From positions 446,499 to 510,498 of the forward strand of contig CAVORY010000011.1 in assembly GCA_963698725.1 (NCBI GenBank): 64,000 bases of DNA. Reading direction: 5' to 3'. This DNA comes from an uncultured Acidobacteriota bacterium (GTDB lineage: Bacteria; Acidobacteriota; Vicinamibacteria; Vicinamibacterales; Fen-181). A program made the position numbers and the translations under genes. The notes under the pieces were generated by a model. The model did no database searches, was not told the origin of the DNA, and saw only the letters and a list, made by a program, of their open reading frames with translations. Below, piece after piece: positions 1 through 9,904 of the stretch. Each line of letters starts with the position of its first letter. Position 1 is the first letter of the stretch.

Positions 1-135
1 TTCAGCGTCGGTCCAGACCGCCCAGACACCGGGAGTCAGGGCGGCGGCCACGCGGCGCCACACGGCTCGAGACGCGGGCGAATGGGTCATCCGCCGCTCG
101 TGGTAGTCGCGGAGCACGATGCCGGCGGCCGTCAC
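1..135 (-). CDS. Partial ORF (first ~45 codons, continues beyond window start); function unknown, lies directly downstream of pabA-pabB
   Basis: GTG at 135..133, two nt after the pabB stop. Strong G/C preference at codon position 3 in this frame. Too short for a homology call. Confidence 0.3.
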   Translation of the reverse strand, partial: MTAAGIVLRDYHERRMTHSPASRAVWRRVAAALTPGVWAVWTDAE

Positions 136-137
136 CT

Positions 138-1148
138 TCAGGAGCGTGTATCCCATGACAGCGCGCCGAGCTTGACGTGGAGCTCGTCGAACTCCGACTT
201 CGCGTTCGAGTCGTAGACGATGCCGCCGCCCACGCCGTAGACCCATCTCTCCGGTTCGCGAACGGCCGTTCGGATCAACAGGGCGAAGGTGGAGGCATCC
301 GCGTCGATCAGGCCGAGCGTCCCGCAGTACGCGTAGCGCGGCGTCGCCTCGAGCGCACGGATCTTCTCGAGGGCCGCCGCCTTCGGAGCGCCGGTGACCG
401 AACCGCCCGGGTGGAGCGCGGCCAGGGCGTCGAGTGCGGTCATCCCCTCGTCTAGTTCGCCGACGATATCGCTCACCGTCTGCAGGGCGTACGGAAGCGG
501 GATCACCCGCTGCTCGCACGCGACGGCCACCGAACGCGGCCGGCACACGCTCGTCAGGTCGTTACGCAGCAGATCGGTGATCATCGCCAGTTCCGCGCGG
601 TCCTTCTCGCTGGATTCCAGGACGCCGACGGCGTCGGGGCGGGCGGTTCCCTTCATCGGTTCGGTGCGGATGCGACGGCCAAGTGTCTCGAAGAACAGCT
701 CGGGCGACGCCGAGACGAACTCCTCTCCCCAGGGAAGGCGAACCCACGCGGCGAACCGGGGGGCGCCGTGGCGGCACATCAGTGAGAGGAGCCCGGCGCC
801 ATCGAGGCCACGAACGCTCGCCCTGACCGTATAGCAGACCTGGTAGACATCCCCCGCGGCAATCGCGTCCCGAATGGCGCCAACCGCGGCATCGTATCCC
901 TCGGCGTGCAGCGAGACGCCGAACGGGGCAGCCGGCCGATCGAAGGATGGCTCGACGTCGACCACTTCCTCTGCGATCAGTCGGAACGGATCGCTGCCGG
1001 GCCGCTCGAACGGAGCGTAGACCAGGAACGGGCCGACGGCGTCGGGCCCGGCGGCACGCAGGCCTCGAAGCAGGCGCCAACTGCTGCCGCCGAATCCGGG
1101 ACTGAGCAGCGCGAACGAATCGGCCTGTTCCAGGTCCTGCAGGTTCAC
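138..1148 (-). CDS. pabB: Chorismate-binding enzyme, aminodeoxychorismate synthase component I-like (PabB/TrpE family)
   Basis: C-terminal chorismate-binding signature (GGSVTGAPK..., PRYAYCGTLGLID, GGGIVYDSN). A GTG at 1148 overlaps the pabA stop as GTGA. The track ORF extends to 1241, but that part overlaps pabA. Confidence 0.8.
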   Translation of the reverse strand: MNLQDLEQADSFALLSPGFGGSSWRLLRGLRAAGPDAVGPFLVYAPFERPGSDPFRLIAEEVVDVEPSFDRPAAPFGVSLHAEGYDAAVGAIRDAIAAGDVYQVCYTVRASVRGLDGAGLLSLMCRHGAPRFAAWVRLPWGEEFVSASPELFFETLGRRIRTEPMKGTARPDAVGVLESSEKDRAELAMITDLLRNDLTSVCRPRSVAVACEQRVIPLPYALQTVSDIVGELDEGMTALDALAALHPGGSVTGAPKAAALEKIRALEATPRYAYCGTLGLIDADASTFALLIRTAVREPERWVYGVGGGIVYDSNAKSEFDELHVKLGALSWDTRS

Positions 1149-1714
1149 GACACGGCCTCGAAGAACGCCTCGAGCATTCGCCGCCCGGCAGGAGTGCCGA
1201 ACGAGTCCGGGTGGAACTGCAGGCCGGCCATCGGCAGCCACTCGTGCTCGATCGCCATCGGAATGCCGTCAGCGGTCGTCGCGACTACGCGAAGCGGCGG
1301 CACCACACCATCGAGCGAGAGCGAATGGTACCGCATGACAGAGTGCGGACCCACGATGCCGGGGAAGAGACGGGCGCGCTCGAACGTGATCAGCGCTCGC
1401 TTGCCGTGAACCGGATGGGTGCGGATCAGCCGCGCGCCGTGCGCCAGCCCAAGCGCCTGGTGTCCGAGGCAGATGCCGAGCAGAGGGAGTGCCATGGCCG
1501 CGGCCGCAGGGATGAGGTCCGCGATTCCGGCGCGGACCGGATCGGTCGGGCCGGGACCCACGACCACCGCGCCGACCCGATCGAGGCAGGTCGGATCGAG
1601 CGCCACCTCGCGGCCTGAGCGGATCAGAATCTCCGCCCTGGGCACCGGCAGGGCGTCGATCACGTTCCACGAGAACGAGTCGCCGTTCTCGATGAAGAGG
1701 ACCGCGCGTGTCAT
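1145..1714 (-). CDS. pabA: Glutamine amidotransferase component II (PabA/TrpG type)
   Basis: Class-I GATase catalytic motif LGICLGHQALG, with HSL and FHPDS later. Start taken at MTRAVLFIENGDSF (ATG 1714). The upstream part of the ORF is R/P-rich junk. Confidence 0.85.
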   Translation of the reverse strand: MTRAVLFIENGDSFSWNVIDALPVPRAEILIRSGREVALDPTCLDRVGAVVVGPGPTDPVRAGIADLIPAAAAMALPLLGICLGHQALGLAHGARLIRTHPVHGKRALITFERARLFPGIVGPHSVMRYHSLSLDGVVPPLRVVATTADGIPMAIEHEWLPMAGLQFHPDSFGTPAGRRMLEAFFEAVS

Positions 1715-1927
1715 AGCGACCGTCGGACGAGGCCGTCGTGTGGCGGCTGCCCGAGACCCGACGGCGGGAATCGCGGCATCGGCTCCATCATACATCGTCG
1801 TATCGCGCGGACGATGCCGGCGTACGGACCGCCCGTCGGCAGAATCTGCAGGTCGGCGGCTGCCGGACCTGGTGAACACCGCGCCCTTTTCAGTCGTCTA
1901 TAGTCATGCGAGCGGACCTGCCGAGGG

Positions 1928-4402
1928 ATGGACACCATGAACCTGATTCCGGGCGACCTGAAGTTCGGCGCAAGGCTCCTGTGGAGGAACAGGGGGTTCG
2001 CCGCCACTGCCGTGGCGACACTGGCCGTGTGCATCGCGGTCAACACCGCCATCTTCAGCGTGGTCGAGTCGGTGGTGCTGCGGCCGCTGCCGTTCCCCGA
2101 ATCGGACCGGGTGCTGCTGATGTACAACAGCTACCCTGGCGCCGGGGTGGAGCGGGCCTCGAATGGTGTCCCCGACTACTACGACCGCCTCGCCGGGATG
2201 CCCGCGTTCGAGGAGCAGGCGCTCTTCAACACGCCGAACCTGACGATCGGCTCCGCTGGCTCGGTCCAGCAGGTCCCCGGCATGAGCGTGACCCCCTCGT
2301 TCTTCAGGCTGCTCCGGGCCAGGCCGCTCGTCGGACGGCTGTTCGTGGAAGAGGATGGAGAAATCGGCAAGCAGCGCAAGGCCGTCCTCAGCTATGCGCT
2401 CTGGCAGGAACTCTATGCCGGCGACAGGTCGGTCATCGGCAAGGACATCCGGATCTACGGAAATCCCTACACCATCGTCGGCGTCCTGCCCCGGGACTTC
2501 TCCTTCCTGGATCCGCGGGTCCGCGTGTACCGGCCGCTGGCCTTCACGCCGGAACAGAAGTCTGATGACGCCCGGCACAACAACAGCTGGGAGATGATCG
2601 GCCGGTTGAAACCGGCCGCCACACGGGAGCAGGCCCAGGCGCAGCTCGACGTCATCAACGCCGCCAACATGTCGCGGCTTCCGCATTTCAGGGAGATCCT
2701 CACCAACGCCCGGTTCTCTACCCGCGCAATGCCGCTCCAGGATGAAGTGGTGAAGCCGATTCGGAAGACACTCTTCCTGCTCTGGGGCGGCGCGGTGTTC
2801 GTGCTCCTGATCGGCGTGATCAACATCGCCAATCTCGCCGTCGCCCGCGGCAGCGTGCGGATGCGGGAACTGGCGACGCGCTCCGCCCTCGGGGCCGGGC
2901 GGTGGCGGATCGCGCGCCAGCTGCTGACCGAGAGCGTCCTGATGACAGCCGGCGGCACGGCGCTGGGGCTGCTGCTCGGATACTGGGGACTCGGCGTGCT
3001 GCGACTCCTGCACGTCGAGCGGATCCCGAGGGGCGCGGAGGTCGGCCTCAGCGGAACGGTCGTGCTCTACGTGCTGGGACTGTCGGTGGCGGCGGCGGTG
3101 GTCATCGGGGTGATCCCCGTCGTCCAGGCGCTGCGGGTGAGCCTGGTCTCGGTGCTGCGTGACGACACGAGGACGGGCACCGGCGGACGGGGCGGCCGGG
3201 TGCTCCGCCACGGGCTGGTGGTGGCGCAGGTGGCCTTCGCGCTGATCCTGCTGATGGGCGCGGGCCTGCTCACCGCCAGCTTCCGCCAGGTCCTGGCGAT
3301 CCGTCCCGGCTTCGTCCCCGAACAGGTGGTGACCGGAACGGTGGGCCTTCCGGGGGCCCGATACCGGGACAATGCGGCGATGCGCTCGTTCACGGAACGG
3401 TCGCTGGAGAAGATCCGCGCGATCCCCGGCGTCCTCGAGGCCGGCGTCACCAACGCGATCCCGTTCGGCTCCGACTTCAGCGACAGCGTCATCATGGCCG
3501 AGGGCTACACGATGAAGCCCGGCGAGTCGCTCATTTCCGGCGACAACATGTCCGTCACGCCCCGGTATTTCGAGGCGCTGAAAGTGCCGCTCAAGGAAGG
3601 GCGCTTCTTCGACGAACGCGACACGCCCGACTCCCTGCGGGTCATCATCATCGACGAGAGGCTGGCGCGGAAGTTCTTCCCAGGCACGAACGCGGTCGGC
3701 AGACGGATGTGGCGCCCCACCAGCCCCGACGCGTTTCAGGACCCGTCCAAAGGGACCTACTACACGATCGTCGGCGTCGTCGGGGGGATCAAGCTGCGAG
3801 CCCTGGTGGACACCGACGAGCGCGTGGGCAGCTACTACTTTCCGTACTCGCAGAATCCGGATTCGGGGGTCACCTTCGCGGTCAGGTCGGCGGTGGAACC
3901 AGGGTCGCTCAAGGCCGCGATGCGGAAGGTGGTCACGGAGGTCGATCCCGAACTCCCCCTGTTCGACGTGCTGACGCTCCAGGAGCGGATTGACGACTCG
4001 CTGACGAGCCGCCGATCGCCGATGCTCCTGTCGCTGGGCTTCGGCGCGGTCGCGCTCTTCCTGGCCGCCGTCGGCATCTACGGCGTGCTGGCCTACCTCG
4101 TGGCCAGACGCGCGAGGGAGATCGGCATCCGCATGGCGCTCGGGAGCGACGGAAACCGGATCTTCAGGCTGGTGTTCACGGAAGGCGCGGTGATCGTCGC
4201 GGCCGGCGTCGGCCTGGGCGTGCTGGGATCCTGGGCGCTGGGCCGGTACCTCGAGAGCGCGCTGTTCGGGGTGCGGCCGCTGGATCCGGTGGTCATGGCG
4301 TCGACAGGAGTGACCTTGATCGTGGTCGCGCTGCTGGCGACGACGCTGCCGGCGTGGCGCGCGGCGAAGGTCGACCCGATCATCGCACTGCGGCAGGAGT
4401 AG
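1928..4402 (+). CDS. ADOP-family ABC transporter permease (duplicated MacB/FtsX-type)
   Basis: 824 aa. N-terminal TM after the RNRGFAATAV motif, two MacB periplasmic-domain/FtsX 4-TM modules, and a C-terminal PAWRAAKVDPIIALRQE tail typical of the family. Confidence 0.9.
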   Translation: MDTMNLIPGDLKFGARLLWRNRGFAATAVATLAVCIAVNTAIFSVVESVVLRPLPFPESDRVLLMYNSYPGAGVERASNGVPDYYDRLAGMPAFEEQALFNTPNLTIGSAGSVQQVPGMSVTPSFFRLLRARPLVGRLFVEEDGEIGKQRKAVLSYALWQELYAGDRSVIGKDIRIYGNPYTIVGVLPRDFSFLDPRVRVYRPLAFTPEQKSDDARHNNSWEMIGRLKPAATREQAQAQLDVINAANMSRLPHFREILTNARFSTRAMPLQDEVVKPIRKTLFLLWGGAVFVLLIGVINIANLAVARGSVRMRELATRSALGAGRWRIARQLLTESVLMTAGGTALGLLLGYWGLGVLRLLHVERIPRGAEVGLSGTVVLYVLGLSVAAAVVIGVIPVVQALRVSLVSVLRDDTRTGTGGRGGRVLRHGLVVAQVAFALILLMGAGLLTASFRQVLAIRPGFVPEQVVTGTVGLPGARYRDNAAMRSFTERSLEKIRAIPGVLEAGVTNAIPFGSDFSDSVIMAEGYTMKPGESLISGDNMSVTPRYFEALKVPLKEGRFFDERDTPDSLRVIIIDERLARKFFPGTNAVGRRMWRPTSPDAFQDPSKGTYYTIVGVVGGIKLRALVDTDERVGSYYFPYSQNPDSGVTFAVRSAVEPGSLKAAMRKVVTEVDPELPLFDVLTLQERIDDSLTSRRSPMLLSLGFGAVALFLAAVGIYGVLAYLVARRAREIGIRMALGSDGNRIFRLVFTEGAVIVAAGVGLGVLGSWALGRYLESALFGVRPLDPVVMASTGVTLIVVALLATTLPAWRAAKVDPIIALRQE

Positions 4403-4420
4403 GTTCAGGGGACCTCGTGG

Positions 4421-4440
4421 GGCAAGCCTCTGTGCTTGCC
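4421..4440. terminator. Hairpin between convergent genes (GGCAAGC-ctctgt-GCTTGCC)
   Basis: Perfect 7-bp stem with a 6-nt loop between the ADOP stop (4402) and the Uma2 stop (4449). No U-tract. Confidence 0.4.
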
Positions 4441-4448
4441 GGACACAT

Positions 4449-5144
4449 CTACCGTCGATGAGGTCGTCGTCCGGCAGCGGCCCGTGAAGCGGTGACGCGG
4501 CGTTTGCCGGCGCCGGCAGCGCGGCGTCGGCTCACGCCGGCCGGCGTGCTCGAGGCTGCCTCGTCCTGCTCGCCGGTCCACAGGAGCGCCAGGTCCAGCG
4601 GCACCTCCGAGAACGGCTCTGCACGCACGACCTTCGCGCCGGCATGGGCCGCGGCAATCACCCACCGTCCCGCTTCGAGTTGGAGCGCCTCGAGGAGGCG
4701 CGCGGAAGGATCGATGATCCACGCGTGGCCCACCTTCGCGCGCGCGTAGATCTGGAGCTTCTTCGCCCGGTCGAGCATCGCCGTCGAGGGCGATGAGACC
4801 TCGCACACCCAGTCGGGCGCGAGTGTCAGGTACGGCGCGTCCGGCACGTGTGGGAGGCGGCTGCGGCGCCAGCCGGCCAGGTCCGGCACCAACACGTTCC
4901 GGCCGAAGTGAAGCTCGGGCTCGTAGAGGATCACCCAGCCGCCAGGGCCGCCGCGGCCCAGGTCGAACGGTCCCCCAATGAGCACGCCGAGGAGGGAATG
5001 GGTCTTCGCGTGCCGGAGCGCCGGGCGCGGCGACGCATGCAGTTCGCCGTCAACAATCTCCGCCACCATGATGTCCGGGACCTTCTTCAGGTCCTCATAG
5101 GTGGCCCGGCAATCGAAGGGTGGGACGCGCGGCATCGGCTCCAT
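4449..5144 (-). CDS. Uma2-family (DUF820) putative endonuclease
   Basis: Family-like layout: YEDL..., AEIVDGEL, PDLAGW, APDWVCEVSSPST, DRAKKLQIYARAKVGHAWIIDP. The C-terminal ~45 aa tail is low-complexity. Confidence 0.75.
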   Translation of the reverse strand: MEPMPRVPPFDCRATYEDLKKVPDIMVAEIVDGELHASPRPALRHAKTHSLLGVLIGGPFDLGRGGPGGWVILYEPELHFGRNVLVPDLAGWRRSRLPHVPDAPYLTLAPDWVCEVSSPSTAMLDRAKKLQIYARAKVGHAWIIDPSARLLEALQLEAGRWVIAAAHAGAKVVRAEPFSEVPLDLALLWTGEQDEAASSTPAGVSRRRAAGAGKRRVTASRAAAGRRPHRR

Positions 5145-5297
5145 GATACATCGTCGTATCGCATGGAGGATGCCAACGCCAGGGAGTGGATTCCCGCACG
5201 TTTCGGCGTGATTGTATCGCCCGCGTTGCAGTTTCCTCGAGCCAAGGGCAATGCCCGAGTGCAGAATCTGCAGGCTCGCCGGCGGCCGGCCCCCGCG

Positions 5298-7412
5298 CTA
5301 CTTCAGGCCGCGCGCCTTCAGCAGCGGCTCGATGCTCGGCTCGCGCCCGCGGAACGCCTTGTAGAGAGCCATCGCCTCCTCCGAGCCGCCCTTCTCGAGC
5401 AGCGTGCGGAACGCCGCGGCCGTCGGCTGGTCGAACAGCCCTTTCTCCTTGAACGCCTCGAACGCGTCCTTGTCGAGCACCTCGCTCCAGATGTAGCTGT
5501 AGTAGCCCGACGCGTACAATCCGCCCTCCCCGAAGATGTGGCTGAAGTACGGGCTCCGGTAGCGGACCACGATCTCCGGCAGCAGCCGGATCTTCTCCAT
5601 CGCCGCCTTGTCGAACGCCGTCGCATCCTGCGGCGCCACGCTCGTCAGCGTGTGCCAGTCCATGTCGAGCAGGCACGCCGCCAGGTACTCGGACGTGATG
5701 AAGCCCTGGTTGAAGGTTCTGGCTTTCTTGATCTTCTCGACCAGAGCGACCGGAATCACCTCGCCCGTCTTGTAGTGCGTCGCGTACAGCTTCAGCACCT
5801 CGGGCTCGAGCGCCCAGTTCTCCATGATCTGCGACGGCAGCTCGACGAAGTCGGTCGGCACGTCGTTCAGGCTGCGATACCGCACGCGGCTGAAGAGCGA
5901 ATGGAGCGCGTGCCCGAACTCGTGGAAGAGCGTCTGCACGTCTTCGAGGCCGATCTGCGCGGGCGCCCCGCCGACCGGTCGGGGGAAGTTGCACACCAGC
6001 GTCGCGAGCGGCCGGATGTCGCGCCCCTCCCTCACCCACTGCTTGCGGAAGATGTCGCTCCACGCCCCCGCGTTCTTCCCCGGCCGCGGATGGAAGTCGG
6101 CGTAGAGGATGCCGAGATGCGCGCCGTCCCGGTCCTTCACCTCGAACGTCGAGACGTCCGAGTGGTAGACCGGCAGGTCGGTCCGGCGGACGAATGTGAG
6201 GCCGTACAGCTTCCCGGCAAGCGCGAACGCGCCGTCGCGCACGCGGTCGAGCGAGAAGTACGGCCGCAGCATCTCTTCGTCCAGGTCGAAGCGCTCCTTG
6301 CGGATCTTCTCGGTGTAGTAGCGCCAGTCGGCCGCCTCGACCCTGAATCCCGCCTGCGACTTTGCGCCCATCTCCCGGAGCGACGCGGCTTCCTTGATCG
6401 CCATCTCGCGCGCGGGAATCCACAGCCGGTTCAGCAGATCGTAGACCGCCGCTGGCTTCCTCGCCATCGCCTCTTCCAGCGTGAAGTCGGCGTATGTCGT
6501 GTAGCCGAGCAGCGTCGACCGCTCGAGGCGCAGCGCGGCCTGACGCGCGGCGTTCTTCTTGTTGTCCCACTGGTCGCCGTGGTCGCAGCGGCTCGTGTAG
6601 GCCGCGAGGATCTGCCGGCGCAGATCGCGGTTGTCCGCGTACGACAGGAACGGCCAGATGCTCGGCGACTGCAGGCCGAAGACCCACTTGCCGGGGAGCT
6701 TCGCGGCCCCGGCCGCCTCGGCGGCGCCCTCCACGACGTCCGACGGGAGTCCCGCGAGGTCCTCCCGCCGCTCGATGACCAGACGATACGCGTTCGTGTC
6801 GTGGAGCTGGTTCTCGTCGAACGCGACGCCGAGCGACGACAGCTCCGCGTTGATCGCCCGCAGCCTGGTCTGCGCCGCCTCGCCGAGGTTCGCGCCGCTC
6901 CGGACGAAGTCCTTGTAGGTGTCGTCGAGCAGCTTGCGCTGCGGGCCCGCGAGGCCGAGCCGGTCGCGCTGCTCCCACACCGTTTTGATCCGCGCGAACA
7001 GCCGCCGGTTCATCCGCACGTCGTCCACGTGCGCCGCCAGCATCGGCGCCGCCTCGCGGTTGGCCGCCTGCAGTGCGTCGTTCGTCTCCGACGCCGCCAG
7101 GCTCCTGAACACGAGCCCCACCTTCTCGAGCAGGACGCCCGAGTTCTCCAGCGCCTCCACCGTGTTGGCGAACGTGGGCGATGCCGTGGCCGCGGCAATC
7201 GCCTCGACCTCGCGGCGCTGCTCCTCGATGCCCGCCTTGAAGGCCGGGATGAAGTGCCCGGGCCTGATCTCGGTGAACGGCGGAGCGCCGAACGGAGTGG
7301 CCCACTCCTTCAGCAGCGGATTGGCTTGGGACACGGACGCCTCCGGCTTCTGCGCGCCGACGAGGGCGCCGGCCAGGACCAGTACGAAGAGCGTGGCGGA
7401 CAGTCTCGGCAT
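5298..7412 (-). CDS. dcp: M3-family zinc peptidase, peptidyl-dipeptidase Dcp-like, secreted
   Basis: 704 aa with an N-terminal signal peptide, the HEFGHALH zinc motif, and M3 architecture throughout. Confidence 0.9.
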   Translation of the reverse strand: MPRLSATLFVLVLAGALVGAQKPEASVSQANPLLKEWATPFGAPPFTEIRPGHFIPAFKAGIEEQRREVEAIAAATASPTFANTVEALENSGVLLEKVGLVFRSLAASETNDALQAANREAAPMLAAHVDDVRMNRRLFARIKTVWEQRDRLGLAGPQRKLLDDTYKDFVRSGANLGEAAQTRLRAINAELSSLGVAFDENQLHDTNAYRLVIERREDLAGLPSDVVEGAAEAAGAAKLPGKWVFGLQSPSIWPFLSYADNRDLRRQILAAYTSRCDHGDQWDNKKNAARQAALRLERSTLLGYTTYADFTLEEAMARKPAAVYDLLNRLWIPAREMAIKEAASLREMGAKSQAGFRVEAADWRYYTEKIRKERFDLDEEMLRPYFSLDRVRDGAFALAGKLYGLTFVRRTDLPVYHSDVSTFEVKDRDGAHLGILYADFHPRPGKNAGAWSDIFRKQWVREGRDIRPLATLVCNFPRPVGGAPAQIGLEDVQTLFHEFGHALHSLFSRVRYRSLNDVPTDFVELPSQIMENWALEPEVLKLYATHYKTGEVIPVALVEKIKKARTFNQGFITSEYLAACLLDMDWHTLTSVAPQDATAFDKAAMEKIRLLPEIVVRYRSPYFSHIFGEGGLYASGYYSYIWSEVLDKDAFEAFKEKGLFDQPTAAAFRTLLEKGGSEEAMALYKAFRGREPSIEPLLKARGLK

Positions 7413-7417
7413 GATGC

Positions 7418-9904
7418 CTACTCACACCTCAGCGACACCATCGGATCCACGCGCGCCGCGCGGCGCGCCGGTGCGTAGCACGCCGCCAGCGCGACGAGGA
7501 ACAGAATCGCCGGTACCGTGACGAACGTCAGCGGGTCGCGCGCGCTGACGCCGAAGAGCAGGGCGCTCAGATACCGCGACAGCGCCAGCGCGCCCGCAAG
7601 GCCGACGCAAACGCCAGCGGCCGCGAGCCAGGCGCCGTGCCCGACGACCATGCCGAGCACGCGGCCGCGGCCCGCGCCGAGCGCCATCCGAATCCCAATC
7701 TCGCGCGTCCCCTGCCCAACCAGGTACGCCATGACGCCGTAGGTGCCGACGGCCGCCACGACGAGCGCCAGCAGCGCGAAGACCGTCAGCAGCAGCGCCG
7801 TGAATCGCTGCCGTGCCAGCGACAGGTCGATGTACTGCGCCATCTCACGAACCGAGTACAACGGCAGCGCCGGGTCTATGTCGGCCATGGCCCGGCGGAT
7901 CGGGCCGGCCAGCGACGCGGGATCGACCGTCCCGCGCACGACGACGCTCAGCGTCCGGGTCGGGGCCTGCCCATGCGGCAGGTAGAGCGCAATCCTCGGA
8001 TCGTCGTCCAGCGACTGGTGCTTCACGCGGCCGACCACGCCTGCGACGGTGAGCCATGGGTTCTTCGAATCGACGCCGCCGTGACGCACCCGCTTGCCGA
8101 CGGCCTCGCCCTTCGGCCAGAACTCGCGCGCGAACCGCTCGTCGACAATGACCACTCCCGGGCCCGAGGCCACGTCGCGCTCGTCGAAGAACCGGCCGGC
8201 AACGAGCGGAATCTCCATCGCCTCGAAGTAGCGCCCCGCCACCACGCGCTCGTCGGTGTTGATGAACTGCTCCCCCGGCGGCGGCACCCGCCCCTCGATA
8301 CTGATGGGGGTCCACGCAGGGCTGTCGGTCAGCGGGAGAGCCGAACACCCGCCCGTCGCCCTCACCCCCGGCACCCGGTCGAGGCGTTCCCAGATCCGTT
8401 TGTAGGTGCCGAGCACCGGCTGCGCGCCGGCGTACTGAGGCCCGGCCAGCTGCAGCGCGAACGAGAGGACGCCCCGGGGGTTGAACCCGGGCGCAACGCC
8501 CTGCAGGTTCGCGAAACTCCGGACCAGCAGGCCCGCGCCGATGAGCAGCAGCACCGCCAGGGCCAGCTCCCCGACGACCAGCGCGCGGCGCGTGCGGTGG
8601 CCCCGACCGGCCGCCACGTCGCTCGCGCCCCTCCCCGCCTGCTTCAGCGCCTCCGTCAGATCCGGCCGCGACGCGCGGATGGCCGGCACCAGGCCGAACA
8701 GCACGCCCGAAACGAGCGAAGCGGCGAACGCGAAGCCGAGCACGCGCCAGTCGACGTCCACCTCCGCGAGCCTCGGAATGGACCGCGGGCCGAACCCGCG
8801 CAGCCAGCCGACGCTCCACGTCGCGATCAGCACGCCCAGCGTGCCTCCGCCGAAGGCCAGCACGACGCTCTCGGCCAGCAGCTGTCTGACGATGCGGCCG
8901 CGGCCGGCTCCGAAGGCCGCGCGCACGGCGAACTCCTTGCGCCTCGACAGCGCGCGCGCCAGCATCAGATTCGCCACGTTGGCGCACGCCACCAGGAGTA
9001 CGAACACGACGGCGCCCATCAGCACGTAGAGCCGGAGCCGCACGCCGCCCACCGCCTGCTCGAGCATCGGGACGATGCTGAAGGTCAATCCGCCGTTCGG
9101 CGGATAGACCTCCGGGTGGTCGCGCCGCAGCCGCGCCGTGATCGTGTCCATCTCGGCCTGCGCCTGCGCCGCCGACACGCCCGGCTTGAGCTTGCCGACG
9201 ATGTTGTAGTCTTCACGGTTCCGCGTCCGCGGAGCCGCCTCGCTGAGCGGCAGGGGCAGCACGACCTCGGTTACCTCGCCGCCGTAGAGCAGCGGCAGGA
9301 CGTCGCGCGGCAGCGAGAACGACGCCGGGAGCACGCCGACGACCTGGAACGGCTGCCCGTTCAGGGTGAGCGGCCTCCCCACGATGTCGGGCCGGCCGCC
9401 GTAGCGACGCGTCCACATGCCGTGCGTGAGAATCGCCGTCCCGCCGCGGCCCGGCTTGTCGTCGTCCGCCGTGAACAGACGCCCTTGCGCCGCCGATACG
9501 CCCAGCATCGGCAGGAGAGACGACGACACGCGAACGGCGCCGACCCGCTCCGGCTCGCCCTCGCCGGTCAGGTTCGCCATCGTCCCGATCGCGAGGCCGA
9601 GCTGCTCGAACCCGCGGTGCCCGTCCCTGATGTCGAAGTACTGCGCGGTCGAGAACCAGTCCTCGGCGATGCCGAGACCGGGCGAACGGTTCCAGAGCAC
9701 TGTCAGCCGATCCGCGTCCGCGTACGGAACCGGCCTGAGCAGCAGGGCGTTCAGCACGCTGAAGATCGCGGTCGTGGCGCCCAGGCCGAGCGCCATCGAG
9801 AGAATCGCCGCGGCGGCAAAGCCGCGGTTCGCGGCCAGCGCGCGCACCGCTCGGTTGGCGTCCCCCGCTGCGTCGGCCAAGAAGGCGCGAAGGCGGCGCG
9901 TCAC
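7418..9904 (-). CDS. ADOP-family ABC transporter permease (second copy)
   Basis: 828 aa from the GTG at 9904 (VTRRLRAFLADAAGD...RGFAAAAILSMALGLG), which overlaps the response-regulator stop as GTGA. Ends ...PARRAARVDPMVSLRCE. The ORF extension to 10501 overlaps the regulator and is rejected. Confidence 0.9.
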   Translation of the reverse strand: MTRRLRAFLADAAGDANRAVRALAANRGFAAAAILSMALGLGATTAIFSVLNALLLRPVPYADADRLTVLWNRSPGLGIAEDWFSTAQYFDIRDGHRGFEQLGLAIGTMANLTGEGEPERVGAVRVSSSLLPMLGVSAAQGRLFTADDDKPGRGGTAILTHGMWTRRYGGRPDIVGRPLTLNGQPFQVVGVLPASFSLPRDVLPLLYGGEVTEVVLPLPLSEAAPRTRNREDYNIVGKLKPGVSAAQAQAEMDTITARLRRDHPEVYPPNGGLTFSIVPMLEQAVGGVRLRLYVLMGAVVFVLLVACANVANLMLARALSRRKEFAVRAAFGAGRGRIVRQLLAESVVLAFGGGTLGVLIATWSVGWLRGFGPRSIPRLAEVDVDWRVLGFAFAASLVSGVLFGLVPAIRASRPDLTEALKQAGRGASDVAAGRGHRTRRALVVGELALAVLLLIGAGLLVRSFANLQGVAPGFNPRGVLSFALQLAGPQYAGAQPVLGTYKRIWERLDRVPGVRATGGCSALPLTDSPAWTPISIEGRVPPPGEQFINTDERVVAGRYFEAMEIPLVAGRFFDERDVASGPGVVIVDERFAREFWPKGEAVGKRVRHGGVDSKNPWLTVAGVVGRVKHQSLDDDPRIALYLPHGQAPTRTLSVVVRGTVDPASLAGPIRRAMADIDPALPLYSVREMAQYIDLSLARQRFTALLLTVFALLALVVAAVGTYGVMAYLVGQGTREIGIRMALGAGRGRVLGMVVGHGAWLAAAGVCVGLAGALALSRYLSALLFGVSARDPLTFVTVPAILFLVALAACYAPARRAARVDPMVSLRCE

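Noticed and set aside
4848-7478. Very long ORFs antisense to or overlapping real genes (4848-7478 +, 5095-7425 -, 1904-3211 -, 7637-9952 +, 14899-17796 -, 19529-21388 -, 55822-57888 -, 59569-63114 -, and others)
   Set aside because: Their translations are R/A/G/P/D-rich low-complexity with no motifs. Each shadows a gene on the other strand or frame that has clear family signatures. This is the typical stop-codon-poor artefact of a high-GC genome.
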